Positions 26,110-39,392 of a stretch of 64,000 bases of DNA are shown here, in pieces. Numbering within the stretch: the stretch's first letter is position 1; every line of letters starts with the position of its first letter. Both the position numbers and the translations under genes were made by a program. Origin of the DNA: Anthoceros angustus (taxonomy: Eukaryota; Plantae; Anthocerotophyta); assembly GCA_010909165.1 (NCBI GenBank), contig VJWM01000288.1, positions 62,001-126,000 on the forward strand, in the 5' to 3' direction. The notes under the pieces are model-generated. The model was given only the letters and a program-made list of their open reading frames with translations. It was not told the DNA's origin and made no database searches.

Positions 26110-27019
26110 ATGGCGGGTGCGGGTCCTCCACCCGTGTTAACGCAGCAAGGTCGAGACGCACTATGGGAAGGTGTGCGCCTCTACTTGTGCCGTTGGGAGG
26201 CCCTGCAACTTGCTTTGGAGCATAACGACGGCAATCCTGCTTACGTGCAGCAGCTTCATGGCGACATCCTCAAGTGGCTCACCACTACCAAAGGTCTGTT
26301 ACTGCCTCCGAGGGGTCGAGTATCTCAGGCTGGGTCAGTGTTCAGCTGCATCTTTTGCGGGTAGGTTAGGGCGAGGATCTGCGTATTGATGCCGTGTTTG
26401 TTGGATCTCTTTGGCAGGAACGCTGTATGTGGACGAGCTTGAGAATCTGCTTGACGACAGGTTGTTGCAACTATTTGGGACTGAGGCAGACGATGGCAGC
26501 ATAGAGGAGGTATGGAAGTGCAGGTGCTCTACTTCTCGCTGGAGGCTCGTCTTGGAAGCCTTGTGTCAGAGTGTTTATCGGTGGACTGTTCTTGTCGTCC
26601 AGGTTGCTGAGAAGATCATGGAATTACACGAAGATTGCCTCGTCGGTGACTTCAGGACCGTAGAAAGGCTTGCTCAAGCTCCTCCTCCGCCTCGACGCTC
26701 GGTTGGGCCTTTACTTGTTCGCTTTCCTGCATGCGGATATTGTAATACTTAATTCTGTTAGTGTCATGTTGTTGACCCTTAAGTGGCGCTTTTCTTCCAG
26801 GTTGCTGTGGCAAGTGACACCGAGCAGGCGAGTGATGAGGAGGACGACGATGAAATGGAAGACGCTGCCAGTGAGGATGTTGAGCAGAAACTAGATCCCG
26901 CCCCTTCAAAGAGTGCTGTTGCCTCTAAGAGCGCTGGACATTTAACTGCTGAAGAGCGAGAAGCTGGCTGGCAGACAGTCCCAGTGAGCGGGAGGCGGAG
27001 GACTAAACGTGACCAATAA
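26110..27019 (+). CDS. TSR2: Pre-rRNA-processing protein TSR2-like, multi-exon
   Basis: EGVRLYLCRWEALQLALEH, LYVDELENLL..TEADDGSIEEVA..IMELHEDCL.GDF, an acidic tail and the terminal GWQTV..RRR motif. Confidence 0.87.
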
Positions 27020-27234
27020 CTTGTGTTTTAGTAGGGCTGGCTTTTCACTCGTCGCGGGAAATTCTGGACTAAACTCCACTATGGGGAAGAGGTGACGAAA
27101 GTAACTTGACGAGACCTATCACAAAGGTGGGCAGCAGTATCCCTAGTCATCCAGGGGACTCACTTTCCGATATAAGAAAGGATCCCAATAAATGAGAAAC
27201 CGATACATGGTGTGATCCGTCTACGCTTTAGTCC

Positions 27235-30136
27235 TTACAATGAGTTATACTTCGTTCTTCGATAGAACGAGAACCAGCAAGGAAGACGACGAACCAGATC
27301 ATCATCATAAAGCTTAGCTTTCAGATTTGTGGTAGCCGGTCCATCCATCCGTTCCATCTGCATTAGGAAGCAGCATAACCCTGTCAGAAAACGGGCATAC
27401 CACTGTCAAAACGTGCGTGGGTTCGACTCGTCACCTTCGAAATTTTCCCAGAACGCAGCTTGTATCGAACACCAGACCACTCTATAGTTTGAAAGATGTG
27501 CGAATGAAACGCAGAAATAGGGTACAAAAAATTATCCACGAACATAGCAATAAAGACCTGCACAGATGATGTCACAAAGATCAACCCAAGACCTCGCTCG
27601 GTACACGGGCCAACCCCAACAACGAGGCACACAGAGGAGAGTAACACCCTTACATGCAGCCAATTGTAATTCTGAAAAGACACGGGTCGTGCTTCTGGTG
27701 ACAATGCGTTGCACAAGCTGATTTCCACTTTGGACAGATGTCGAATGGTACAAACTTCAACCACAGTACATAATACTACCATCGCTGCCAGTGTCAAGCC
27801 TGTTGTACAACAGATCAAGCACGAGAATCCAATGCCAATGAACAACAGGCAACGCTAAGGTTCAGAAGGTAAAACCTGAGACAGAGGAGGCAACAATGAA
27901 GGGAGAAGTCCCGAAGAGTGTCCTCACTGCAGCCAATAGGTGCACAACCACTGTAATGTATTGGAAGCAAAAGCCCCAAGACAACCAGCAATGGGAGGAG
28001 AACAAAGCACGATTCATCATCCAATTAAATGGCGTGTTGTATGTCTCAAGAACGATAGTCTGCTTTCTCAAGTAGTTCCAATACCTAGGCATTTGTAACC
28101 AAGCAACAACATAAACCCAGTCAGGCAAAATGCAGCCCGTCAGACACAGAAACCCAGATCAGCCAGAGACGAGTGAAGATGACTCTGTAGCTTAGTCTCA
28201 CCGAGGAAAGCTCAAGTTTTTTGCAAGGGGATGAATGAATATAGCCCTTGGTGGGGACCAGATGACTTGTTTGTTTGCCCCTGCGTAGCATGATCACTGC
28301 AATCGTTATAAACGTGGGAAAGGGTTGATACATGAAACTGGAGCATGTGCTACTAGGAGAGAATTAGAATCATTGGAACAAAAAAGACCTGAAACTGCAG
28401 CAAGTGTCATGTCATCAGAGTAGCCCCCATCACGCAACCCAGAGACCATTCCAAAACGATCTGTCCTGAAATCTGCGGCATGCATCTGTGCAGTGAACCC
28501 ACAAGCATTCAGGCTAGACTAAGTGTGAAGCGTGGCTGATTGGTCAAGAACACACAGTATGATTCCATGTTCCTACTCACCATCATGCATCCACCCCAAA
28601 GGAAGATGGTCCTCCCACCTGTAGCGAAACCTATTGAGCATGGCTGTGCAAACTCTAGCGTAAGTTAGGAAGTCCCGTAGAAGTAAAGCAACAGAGAAGC
28701 TCTTGAACTCAATCTCACCATGTGATACTCGTAAATGCAATAGCTCCCCAAACTTCCTGAAGGTACATCAAAAGGATAACCTGTTTGTATAAATATCTGT
28801 CAAAAGCAAATTGTGCCCCCGTTCCTTAAGTACCTGCAATTGGTGAGGACCGAGGTTGACATAGACACAGCACCTGGTAACAGGACAGACTTAGTTCTCA
28901 TGCCCACATCGTTCACAGGCTTAAGGATTCACACCTCCGGGTGCTCTTCCATATTTGCCACAAGGCAGCCTATAGTTCCCGGATGAAGACGTACGTCATC
29001 ATCCAGGAAAAGAACATATTTTGTATCTGGATGCATGGACTCCACACCTGCCTATAACCATCGCACAGGTTAACAGAGATCACTTGATGCTTGTTATTGA
29101 GCCAAACCTGTACTACCCAGATGCAATGTCATACCAGCTGATTGTGGATCTTTTGACTGCATGTAGATGCCAATCCAGCGACTATTATTCTGGCTTGCAA
29201 TTGCCCCTACAATAAACACAGAACCTGAGATTAGTAGTCTTGCAGTTCTTGCTTGATTGTACCGCCAAACAAATATTTGCAAGACCGAAGGAACAGAGGG
29301 AGTCTTGAACGTAACGACCTTCAGGTCCAACAGAAGCTGTGAAGCAGCATCATAAGCTGGATCATCCACGCTCTCGACAACGAACAAAAACTCAAGAGGC
29401 CCTCCATATAGAGAAATAACCTGCAGGAGATTCTTTCCGACAGATGTCCAGAGAAGGCAGTTCTAGTGAACATGCTTGAACGTGCTAATGCCCTGAGAGC
29501 AGCTTTGCTGAGCGCACCTGGCTATGCCAATTGCTGAAGCTGTACTCCCCTACTCCTTTCACTGGCATCACGACTCCCACCCTCGGCAACCTTGCCTGAA
29601 CTGAATGCTCCAGGTCATTTACGTCAGGGTACAAAAAAGAAAGACTGTTGCCACCCTTCTCCCTGTCCTTCAGTTCCTCAAGCTCTCTTGCCCTGCAATG
29701 CGAGCCACACCATGGTCCACGCTTAAGCGCATTCTCAGCTACGTCCTATCCGACGATATCGGAAGCCCAAACAACGGTGCACGGGCAATGCGGTACCGTG
29801 TGCGTGATGCATACACAAATCCTGCTGAGAAAAGTAGGCAGATGAGGCATCCCTGCGCCATGGGACAAACACCAGGTGTTAAAATCCCAGAAAACAAGCA
29901 CGCTTGTAGACCAAGGAGGGGGGCAGGAGGAAGCAGATTCTAGCTTATTCAAATCGACCAAGCGTCCCGACCCAGCAACCCTGGACACATGGAGCAGCCC
30001 AGAACAGAGACCACATTGTAAGGCCCCCATGAGCCAGAGCAAAGCATACCTGGATCTGAAATGCAATGGCCATAGGATGCTGGAACAGAAAGCTCGCCGC
30101 CGACAGCCAGCAGTCGATGGTGTTCCAGAGGCCCAT
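27235..30136 (-). CDS. GCS: Glucosylceramide synthase (ceramide glucosyltransferase, GT21-like), multi-exon
   Basis: MGLWNTIDCWLSAASFLFQHPMAIAFQIQ/GCLICL, DLEHSVQARLPRVGVVMPVKG, FVVESVDDPAY, YWNYLRKQT.VLE and FVDNFLYPISAF..WSGVRY match plant GCS in order. Confidence 0.93.
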
Positions 30137-30689
30137 CCTGCCAATCGCCTCAAGGCCGCATCTAAGGGTAAAGCGAGCAATTTGTGAGCGAGGATCAGCC
30201 GTTCAGCTCGCTACAGGAGAGGAAGACGGGTCATTTGGCACCCGCTGCCAGCCTGGTGGGTCTCTTCCAGTCAGCGTCATACACAGCCGCCGAGACCGGC
30301 CAAGGGGGCCAGAAATTACATACGAATTTTCTTCACCCGTAAGATCCCTCTGTCTGGAGTACAGTATTTGCCCACCTCGAAGTCCTGTCCACATTTTGCT
30401 CTGGATCGACAATCCATACCTGGTATCAGATTGATCCCGCGAATCAGATTGATCGGTATCCACTGTCCATGATCTCATTACATCCTTTTTGTTTTAGCGG
30501 AAACAATAGGTACATCTTATAGGCAACGAAGCGGAAACAATACATCTTATAGGCAACGAAGACTATTAAAAAGAAGAGATGGGAACCCATCTACCCCGAA
30601 CCGGTCCTTTTGAGGTGGATTGGTTAACAAAGCGAGGTGAGACAACCACTAAAGGGCCAAGGGGCTAGCCCCACGAATGCCAACCCCAA

Positions 30690-31720
30690 AGCTACCTACT
30701 GAATATCGTAGTTCAAGATGAGGAAAGGCCTACCTACAAGTGGTGTCGATGATGCTACGTTTCCTGCACTCCTTGCCCATAGGTCCTTGAGTCTCAATGG
30801 CAAGCCGTCCTGCAAAGATGTGTACTTGTGTACCTTGGCAGTCGCGCATCCCTCCGCCGCCCAAACCGGAGGGTTGATAATGACGTGCTCACAAATGGAG
30901 TTTCGGATAGGATCCACTACGACGACATCTGCAACAAAGATTTGGTGCCCCCGATCAGAAATAGATTTGCCCTGAGTGGACACCCCATGGCACAGGGTGT
31001 ATGGATGCTCCCTGTAGAAAATAACTGCTCTCCTTGGCCATCGACAACATGACATCACGATTGGCGTCATGCGGAGCGATACGATGCCCTTCAATTGGAC
31101 AACAAGCTAGGTGGGACCCTGAGTCGTCGAGGGGCCCCTACCGCATCTTTGAGAGAGCAGGCGAGGCCGGATCAAACCAGTGAACCTCGTTGCGATGAAA
31201 ATTTTGCTTCTAATGCTCTGCCTCTCCACGACCATCCAATGCCCGCCAAATCTGCTTTTGGCTGACACCAATGTGCTTTGCCAGTATTGGAACCAGGTTA
31301 ACCGTTCAATGTCTTTCGACAATATGAGGCTCCACAACGTGTTGCGTGCTTGCAAGTGATCGCCCACTTGCACATCCCTCAGATTTCCGCAAGCCGTCCT
31401 CAGGTTCTGCATTACAACACCAAACAGCTGCGCATCTTTGGCGTCCAGAGGGAAAGGAATCCAAAAATCCTGAAGGAGAGGAGTACGCTGAAACCACTCC
31501 AAAATCTCGCGTCGACATGGACTTGAAAACTGCTTTGTCATCTTCAAAAACTCTTCTGCCAACGCCTTGGCCACTTGCTGCTTCCTTCGCACTGTGCACT
31601 CCTCCCTTCCCAAGGTAGTTGCTACTACCCGCTGCATTGCCCGCCACACACGTAATCTCACTATGGAAGTCGAAGGACGTGTTGGCACTTCCACATTCCC
31701 CTCTTCTCCAACAACCTGCA
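30690..31720 (-). mobile_element. Decayed 3' part of an RLE-type (CRE-like) non-LTR retrotransposon: zinc-knuckle remnant and restriction-like endonuclease
   Basis: VGDHLQARNTL (knuckle remnant) followed by IFVADVVVVDP..AAEGCATAKVHKY..LPL (PD-(D/E)xK RLE pattern). Frameshifted. Confidence 0.7.
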
Positions 31721-32049
31721 AGTTGCTTCTTCGATGTGCCTCTTCCCTTACAACAGCTTGCCTCTCATGCTACCTACGTTTGTTGGCTGCCCAAGACGGG
31801 GGCTGGCCGGATCGATCTCTCGCCTTCATACACACTTCCTCTCCGCTAGCACATCTGCTGTCCACGCACACCTCCAATAGCCCTGTGATCCGGGGCGGGA
31901 AAAACTTTGCGCCCAAAACTGCAGCAAAAACCCCCATCGCCTAACCCAATTCGAAACGTCAAACTCAATTGACTTTTGCGGTGATGGCATGCCACCGCTT
32001 GGTGGCCGCTTGACAACTTAGCTACTAGCACGTTTTTGACCACCAAAGC

Positions 32050-32575
32050 GGGCAACTACCCAGTTGTGGAGAATCCGCAGGCAATTGTGGAGATGCTGGA
32101 TAGGCTTCTATGTTGCTTCTGTTGGCACATATCCCTTCCACAAGACGAGGAAGCGGGACGGCGACGAACAAACTTATCCGCGAGGACGTCTTCAACCTCG
32201 TATTCGAGGGCTTAATGAACAAGCTCAAGTGGGGGGCAAGTTGGGGGGTGCCGATGTAGGGTTTGAGGAGCCCCGCATGGAAGACATCGTGGATCCGCCG
32301 GGTGGGGGGGAGTTGGAGTTGGAGTTGGTAGGCAGCAGGCCCGATGCGTCGGCGGATAGGAAAGGGACCGACCCAACGGTGTTGGAGTTTGCGAGCGCCA
32401 AGTGTGTTGAGGTTGCGGGCTGAAAGAAGGACGAGCTAGTCTACTTGAAAGGTGATATCAGGGTGATCAATCTCAGCAGATTTTTTCTATTGGTTATGAG
32501 CTTTCTAGAGGTTGCATTGAGCTTCCTAGAGAATCTGGACATGGGTGTGGATGGTCTTTGTGGTTGATTGATTGG
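32050..32575 (-). mobile_element. Ty3/gypsy chromovirus integrase C-terminus (GPF/Y module) plus chromodomain, decayed
   Basis: QIL*EAQCNL*KAHNQ*KK..ITFQVD*LVLLSARNL..KLQHRWVGPFPIRRRIGPAAYQLQL.P..RIHDVFHAGLLKPY, then EYEVEDVLADK..FLVLWKGY.PTEAT. The stops are TAG where CAG (Q) is expected. Confidence 0.9.
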
Positions 32576-35500
32576 TGTGAAAGACCACATGTACACTAAC
32601 CCCTCTCCGAAGTGTCGGGATGAACGATTTTTTTTGTTTTGGGTGTGTTAGTATAGCAAAGTGCTTTGAGAATCGTCTGGGTAAGGCCTTTTATACGGGA
32701 ATGGTCCTTGGCCCTTGGTGATAATAATAATTTTTTTCGGTCCTTAGGTTTTGACCCCGGATAGGTAGGTCGGAAATAGAGTCCTTGGGTTTTGGTGATT
32801 TTTGGAATAAGAGGTGTCTATATATGCTAGGAATGCTCACAATATGCCACAGTTGGGTAGTCAAGTGGGGAGGTGGCTAGTTCCACCAGTGGCGAAGAGC
32901 AGGACGTCTGAGACCGAGGGGTTACAACCCTAGTGGCGGAGGCGGGGGTCGGGGCCTTGGCGAGAGAAGGACACACCCGGCCGGTGTGAATTTCGGGAGG
33001 CGTCGGAGGCGGGCTGCAGCAAGGCTGCGCGCATGCAAGCTGCTGGGCGAGTCTGTTTGTCAGGTAGAAGGCGTCAGTCAGTCGAGGCGGCGGCGGAGGA
33101 AGACAGTAGCAGCGGCGAAGGAAAGAGGCGAGGCAAGAGGGCCCGGTAGGAGTGGAAGAAGCGTGCAAGGGTGGTGTTCCTTTCGACTGGCCTCGCAGGG
33201 GTCGAGTTTTTTCTAGGAAACAAGGAGGAAGGAGATGGCGCCCAGCTGGTGAAATCCCTGTGGCCCAACATGGACCCTTTGGAAGGTGAGGCGAGAGTGC
33301 GGGAGCTGGGCTGGAATTTATGGAGAAGAAATGGTGTTCTGACGACATTGGTGCAAGAGTGCGCCTGCAATTGAGAACCAGTCGCAAGAGGCGAGGAAGA
33401 GGCATAAGCGGGATTTGGGGCTCTTTCGAGGCGATGTATGGGCGAAGCATCGAGGATGGGAGCTTGGTAATTGACCCCAGAGAAAGAAGACCCCGAGAGT
33501 CGCAGCCACGCCATGAAGCCTGGGAAGTGAGGGTGAACAATGGATGGGTGACTCGCCAACTCGTGTCTGCGCAGCTGGTGGGATTGGCCAAGTGGATTTT
33601 GTGTTTCCTGCAGAACCAAAAGTTGGATCATATGGCAGACCACTTCCTGGTCTTTCTTCATGAGGTGGTTAAGGGTACACAAATCGATTGGGGGAGGATG
33701 ATCTTTGAAAGAGCCTGTGAAGAGAAGGCGAATTTGCTCTCCCCTTCCCCTCGGCCCTCCTTGATTTCACCTTTTCTGATTCATGTATTCATTAAGTGTC
33801 TCGGAGTTGGAAGTTGTATACGCCTTCATAGGCGGAAACGGTCGGGGAACTCAAGGTAGAGGAGGAGGAGTGTAAGGAGGATTAGGGAAGGATTCCGGAT
33901 TGGGAATCGCCTCCCTAGAAGATTCGGATGAAGGTGGGAGGTTTCAAGGGCAAGCGGGCGGCGGCGAGAAGCATCGAGGATGGGAGCTTGGTAATTGACC
34001 CCGAGAAAGAAGACCCCGAGAGTCGCAGCCACGCCATGAAGCCTGGGAAGTGAGGGTGAATAATGGATGGGTGACTCGCCAACTCGTGTCTCACACCGGT
34101 GGGATTGGCCAAGTGGATTTTGTGTTTCCTGCAGAACCAAAAGTTGGATCATATGGCGGACCACTTCCTGGTCTTTCTTCATGAGGTGGTTAAGGGTACA
34201 CAAATCGATTGGGGGAGGATGATCTTTGAAAGAGCCTGTGAAGAGAAGGCGAATTTGCTCTCCCCTTTCCCTCGGCCCTCCTTGATTTCAGCTTTTCTGA
34301 TTCATGTATTCGCGCATTCCGGGTGTCTAACGGAGTTGGAAGTTGTGTCTGCCCTTCATAGCTGGAAACCGGTCAGGGAACTCAAGGTAGAGGAGGAGGA
34401 GTGTAAGGAGGATTAGGGAAGGATTCCGGATTGGGAATCGCCTCCCTAGAAGATTCGGATGAAGGTGGGGAGGTTTCAAGGGCAAGCGGAGGCGGCGGCG
34501 AGAAGCATCGAGGATGGGAGCTTGGTAATTGACCCCGAGAAAGAAGACCCCGAGAGTCGCAGCCACGCCATGAAGCCTGGGAAGTGAGGGTGAATAATGG
34601 ATGGGTGACTCGCCAACTCGTGTCTCACACCGGTGGGATTGGCCAAGTGGATTTTGTGTTTCTGAGCAAAAGTTGGATCATATGGCGGACCACTTCTGGT
34701 CTTTCTTCATGAGGTGGTTAAGGTACACAAATCGATTGGGGAGGATGATCTTTGAAAGAGCCTCAAGAGAAGGCGACTTGCTCTCCCTTCCCTCGGCCCT
34801 CCTTGATTTCACCTTTTCGATTCATGTATTCGCGATTCGGTGTCTAACTGAGTTGGAAGTTGTATACGCCTTCATAGCCGGAAACCGGCAGGAACTCAAG
34901 GTAGAGGAGGAGTGTAAGGAGGATTCCGGAAGGATTCCAGCTGGGAATGCGCCTCCCTAGAAGATCTTGGATGAAGGTGGGAGGTTTCAAGGGCAAGAAG
35001 CGGAGGGGCGCGACGACCGAATGGGGGTCGGCGAAGGAAGAAGACAGCGTGAGAAGAGGAACCTGACTACACCTAGGGTCACCAGTCGAAATCGGCGGGG
35101 AGCGGGTGAAGGAGGAGAAAATAAAGGAAGCGACAAGTTGTTCCCCTCTCGGTCAGGGGATGAGTCGCTGCCGCTAGGAGATTGGAGGCGGAGGAAGAGG
35201 CGTGGCAGAAACCCCTAGAAGAGAGGGTTAGTTTGGACCAAGTCATGACGGACTCGGGACATTTTGGCGACATTTCAACGGCCGTCCATGAAGTGGAGAT
35301 AGGTGACACCGCGTCGCGAAATTGTTGTGGAGGATGGGCACGAGGACAGCCCAATTCGATCTGAGCCGACTTGACCATGGCTCGAGGCAGGCGGATCTCC
35401 TCGACCAGCGACCATGGCTCTCACCGGCCGAGTGTGCGGGACAGGAGAAGTTGCTCAAGGAAAGTTGGAGACAGGCGAGAACAAGGTGGCGGAGGCGGCG

Positions 35501-38500
35501 AGGCAAGAGGCGGCCCTATGCAAGGCAGGAGGCGGCTAAGGGCCATGTCCACCCAGGAGGCCTTAGTGAATCGAGGTCAAGGGGCGCATGCTACAATTGA
35601 GGAGCTTCAAGATGAGGTCTCGAGTCCAGTGAGCAGGAAACAATGGCGCCCGAGAAATTCAAGAAGTCAAGAGAGATACAAGGAGAGAGACGAAGCTAGG
35701 CCAGAGTCAAGAGAGAGGCCAAACCAAGAAAGGCCGAGCAACGCCACGCAGAGCCAAGCAACCACCGTGGGGAAGTAACCACCACGGTGGCTAAACCGCC
35801 ACCGTCGGGGAAGGAGGAACCGAGGTGGGGAAGCCACCGGCTGTGAGTACCGCAGATGGGGAGATCCTCGAAACCCGAGCAGGCCCTGTGATTGTCCACG
35901 GGAGGAGAGGTAAGGACCTCAGACGAAGGGCGATTGCGCGCGCCCGGATGAGGATGCTCATGTCCTGCCGCTCGCATGGTGAGCGGTGCTCACTCTAAAC
36001 GTGTATGTGGTTGTTGGGACAGAGGGGCGTAAACCATCTGCACATCTTGACCGCCATGCTGCCACAAAGTGGTTCCTTCGAATAGGAGCTGGCGCCTACC
36101 TCCGCAAGTAGTGCCGGAGGAGATGAGCGAGGCGAGGCCGAGCATGGAGGGAGGAGCATACTGCATGTCCAAAGGAGGAGGAGCGGACAACGGATGTAGA
36201 GGCTAAAGCGCACGGAAGGCGCGAGGAAACCGGTGAGGTGAGAGCCGCACCGTGCGTGAGCTGGGCCCGAATTTATGGAGAAGAAATGGTGTACCAAAGA
36301 TTGGTGCAAGAGTGCGCCTGCAATTGAGAACCAGTCGCAAGAGGGCGACGCGAGGAAGAGGCCGAAGCTGGATGGGGCTCTTCGAGCAGCAGAAGGCGAG
36401 AAGCATCGAGGATGGGAGCTTGGTAATTGACCCCGGAGAAAGAAGACCCCGAGAGTCGCAGCCACGCCATGAAGCCTGGGAAGTGAGGGTGAATAATGGA
36501 TGGGTGACTCGCCAACTCGTGTTCACACTGGTGGGATTGGCCAAGTGGATTTTGTGTTTCGCAGAACCAAAAGTTGGATCATATGGCGACTACTCACTCG
36601 TCTTTCTTCATGAGGTGGTTAAGGTACACAAATCGATTGGGGGAGGATGATCTTTGAAAGAGCCTGTGAAGAGAAGGCGAATTTGCTCTCCCCTTTCCCT
36701 CGGCCCTCCTTGATTTCAGCTTTTCGATTCATGTATTCGCGCATTCCGGGTGTCTAACGGAGTTGGAAGTTGTGTCTGCCCTTCATAGCCGGAAACCGCC
36801 GTGAACTCAAGGTAGAGGAGGAGGAGTGTAAGGAGGATTCCGGAAGGATTCCTAGCTTGGGAATGCGCCTCCCTAGAAGATCTGAATGGGTGGGAGGTTT
36901 CAAGGGCAAGAAGCGGAGGCCGACGATCGAACGGGGTCATGAAAAGGGAAGGACAAACAGTAGAAGAGGAACCCACAGCTACACCTAGGGTCACTGTGTC
37001 GAAATCCGCAGGAACGCGGGTGAAGGAGGAGAAAAAAAAGGAAGCGACAAGTTGTTCCCCTCTCGGTCAGGATGAGTCGCTGCCGCTAGGAGAGATTGGA
37101 GGCGGAGGAAGAGGCAAGGGCAAACCAACCCCTAGAAGAGGAGGGGTTAGCAGCCAAGTCCGCGACGGAGCTCCGGACATTTTGGCGACATTTCACCGAC
37201 CCCCCCAAATGGGAGATAGGTGACACCGCGTAGAATTGTTGTGGAGGGGATGGGCACGAGGACAGCCCAATTGGAATCAGGAGCCCGACGCCCATGGCTC
37301 GACGCAGTGATCTCCTCGACCAGCATACCCATGGCTCTCACCGAGTGTGCAGGACAGGAGAAGTTGCTCAAGGAAAGTTGAGAGCCCGAAGGCGAGAACA
37401 AGGTGGCAGAGGAGCGCAGACGGAGCGGCGGCCCTATGCAAGGCATGGAGCGGCGGGCCATGTCCACCCAACAGAGGCCTTAGTGAATCAGTCAAGGGGC
37501 GATGCTACAATTGAGGAGCTTCAAGATGAGGTCTCGAGTCCAGGAGCAGGAAACAATGGCGCCCGAGAAATTCAAGAAGTCAAGAGAGATACAAGCGAGA
37601 GAGCTAGGCCGAGTCAAGAGAGAGGCCAAACCAAGAAAGGCCGAGCAAGCAACCACCGTGGGGAAGCCAAGCAACCACCGTGGGAAGTAACCACGGTGGC
37701 TAAACCGCCACCGTCATGAAGGAGGAACCGAGGTGGGGAAGCCACCGGCTGAGTACCGCGGATGGGGAGGCAGATCCTCGAAACCCCAGCAGCCGCCCGG
37801 ATTGTCCACGGAGGAGAGGTAAGGACCTCAGACGAAGGGCGACAGTCACGGTCTGATGAGGATGCTCATGTCACAGCCTGCATGGTGAGCGGTGCTCACT
37901 CTAAACGTGTATGTGGTTGTTGGGATGAGGGGCGTAAACCATCTGCACATCTTGACCACAAGGCCACAAAGGTTCCTTCGAATAGGAGCCGGCGCCTACC
38001 TCCGCAAGTAGTGCCGGAGGAGATGAGCGAGGCGGAGGCCGAGCATGGAGGGAGGAGCATACGTATGGCCGGCTGCATGAGGAGGAGCGGACAACGGATG
38101 TAGAGGCTATAGGCGCGCAACGTCCACGGGAAGGCGCGAGGAAACCGCAGGCAGCGAGAGCGAGGTGGACGTTTTGGGGGAAAATCGCTCGGATCAGAGG
38201 CGATAGGGGGATAGGGTGTTCTGAGAGCCTGCAGAGCTGTAGTTGCCTAGATTGGTAGGGGTGCTCGTGGTAGGAGCTACAATTTTTAGACACTGGAGAG
38301 AAGTGAGTTGTGCTTAACCACAGCTAGATGTATAAGAGACCCTTTGAGTGTCTCTCAATGATTTCGTGTGAACTTCCGTATCGAATCCTCGCGGGGTTGA
38401 TTGGAGACGTTCGTCAAGACCGAACGGGTTCGCACATCGCTTTCACAAGAAGACCGGAAGATCCCCGGATGGTCGAGAGCGAGTGGCCAAGCTCCACGTC

Positions 38501-39229
38501 TGGGACAAAGAATTGGTGAGGGCGCCGCTACCGAAAGGCAAAGGTTGCCGCGGAAAGTCGGGTGAGATCGCCAAGCAGTGAATCGCCCATCCGACCGTGT
38601 CTCGCCTCCCAGAAAGCTGCCCATCGTAACGTGTTTAATTCTATGAGGGGGGTCTGTGGCCTGGTGAGGTCTGTGGCCGAGAAAGAGGAAGAGAGGGGGT
38701 ATCCATGGGGTGGAAGGTTCTGAAGAAGGGGTGAGCGTGATCAGAGGGAAGGGGAATGCGTGCTTTTGAGAAAACGCGAATGATAGAAAGGGCGGGCGAG
38801 GTGAGGTCAGTGAGGGTCGGCGCCGGAGCGAGACATCGCGGTATTCGGGGTCGTGGTGCCTAATTCCTGGAAAGTTTTGAGCACGGACTTCCCTGTGAGA
38901 GAATTAGAATAGGTGTGAGTATAGGTGTGTGTGTGTGTAAGGCCATAACTTCCTCGTGAGACCCCGCTGTGGAGCCGGTGACAACCACAAGGACATACAA
39001 GGCCTGTGGTGGGAGCTCACATGTTGGTTGAATCAACCACTACGGTGGCTGAGACCTCCACGGTGGCTGTTTCTGGTAGGGTAAGGATCGGTTGTGGCAG
39101 GGCTCGGACCCATAGTTTAGAACATCTTGACACAAAACCATTCCCTTGGGATCGAATCCTAGGACTATAATGACATAGAGGGTAATGTGGCCTCTTTGCG
39201 CCTTTGGGACGCAAAAACCCCATTCCACA
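32576..39229. mobile_element. TG..CA-bounded LTR-type unit (solo-LTR-like) with internal ORF modules and internal tandem duplications; TSD ATTGG
   Basis: ATTGG|TGTGAAAG (32571-32583) ... ATTCCACA|ATTGG (39230-39234). Plus-strand ORF module FLHEVVKGTQIDWGRMIFE occurs 4 times. No paired LTRs and no gag/pol seen. Confidence 0.85.
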
Positions 39230-39392
39230 ATTGGCTAGGGTGGGGAGGGCAGCAGATGCAGGTGTTCATGGATGAGGAGCTTAGAGCATGAAGAAAGGGA
39301 TGTAACTGGAAGACATAGCTAGGAGCGTTATTACACGCGAATTCAACAAGATGAAGATAATTCTCCCATGACTCTTGGTGACACGCAACAAA
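39230..39392 (-). mobile_element. Upstream continuation of the same chromovirus integrase (catalytic-core end)
   Basis: FVACHQESWENYLHLVEFACNN..PFFML..HP*TPASAALPTLAN. It joins the 32575 segment in frame when 32576-39234 is removed. Confidence 0.85.
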
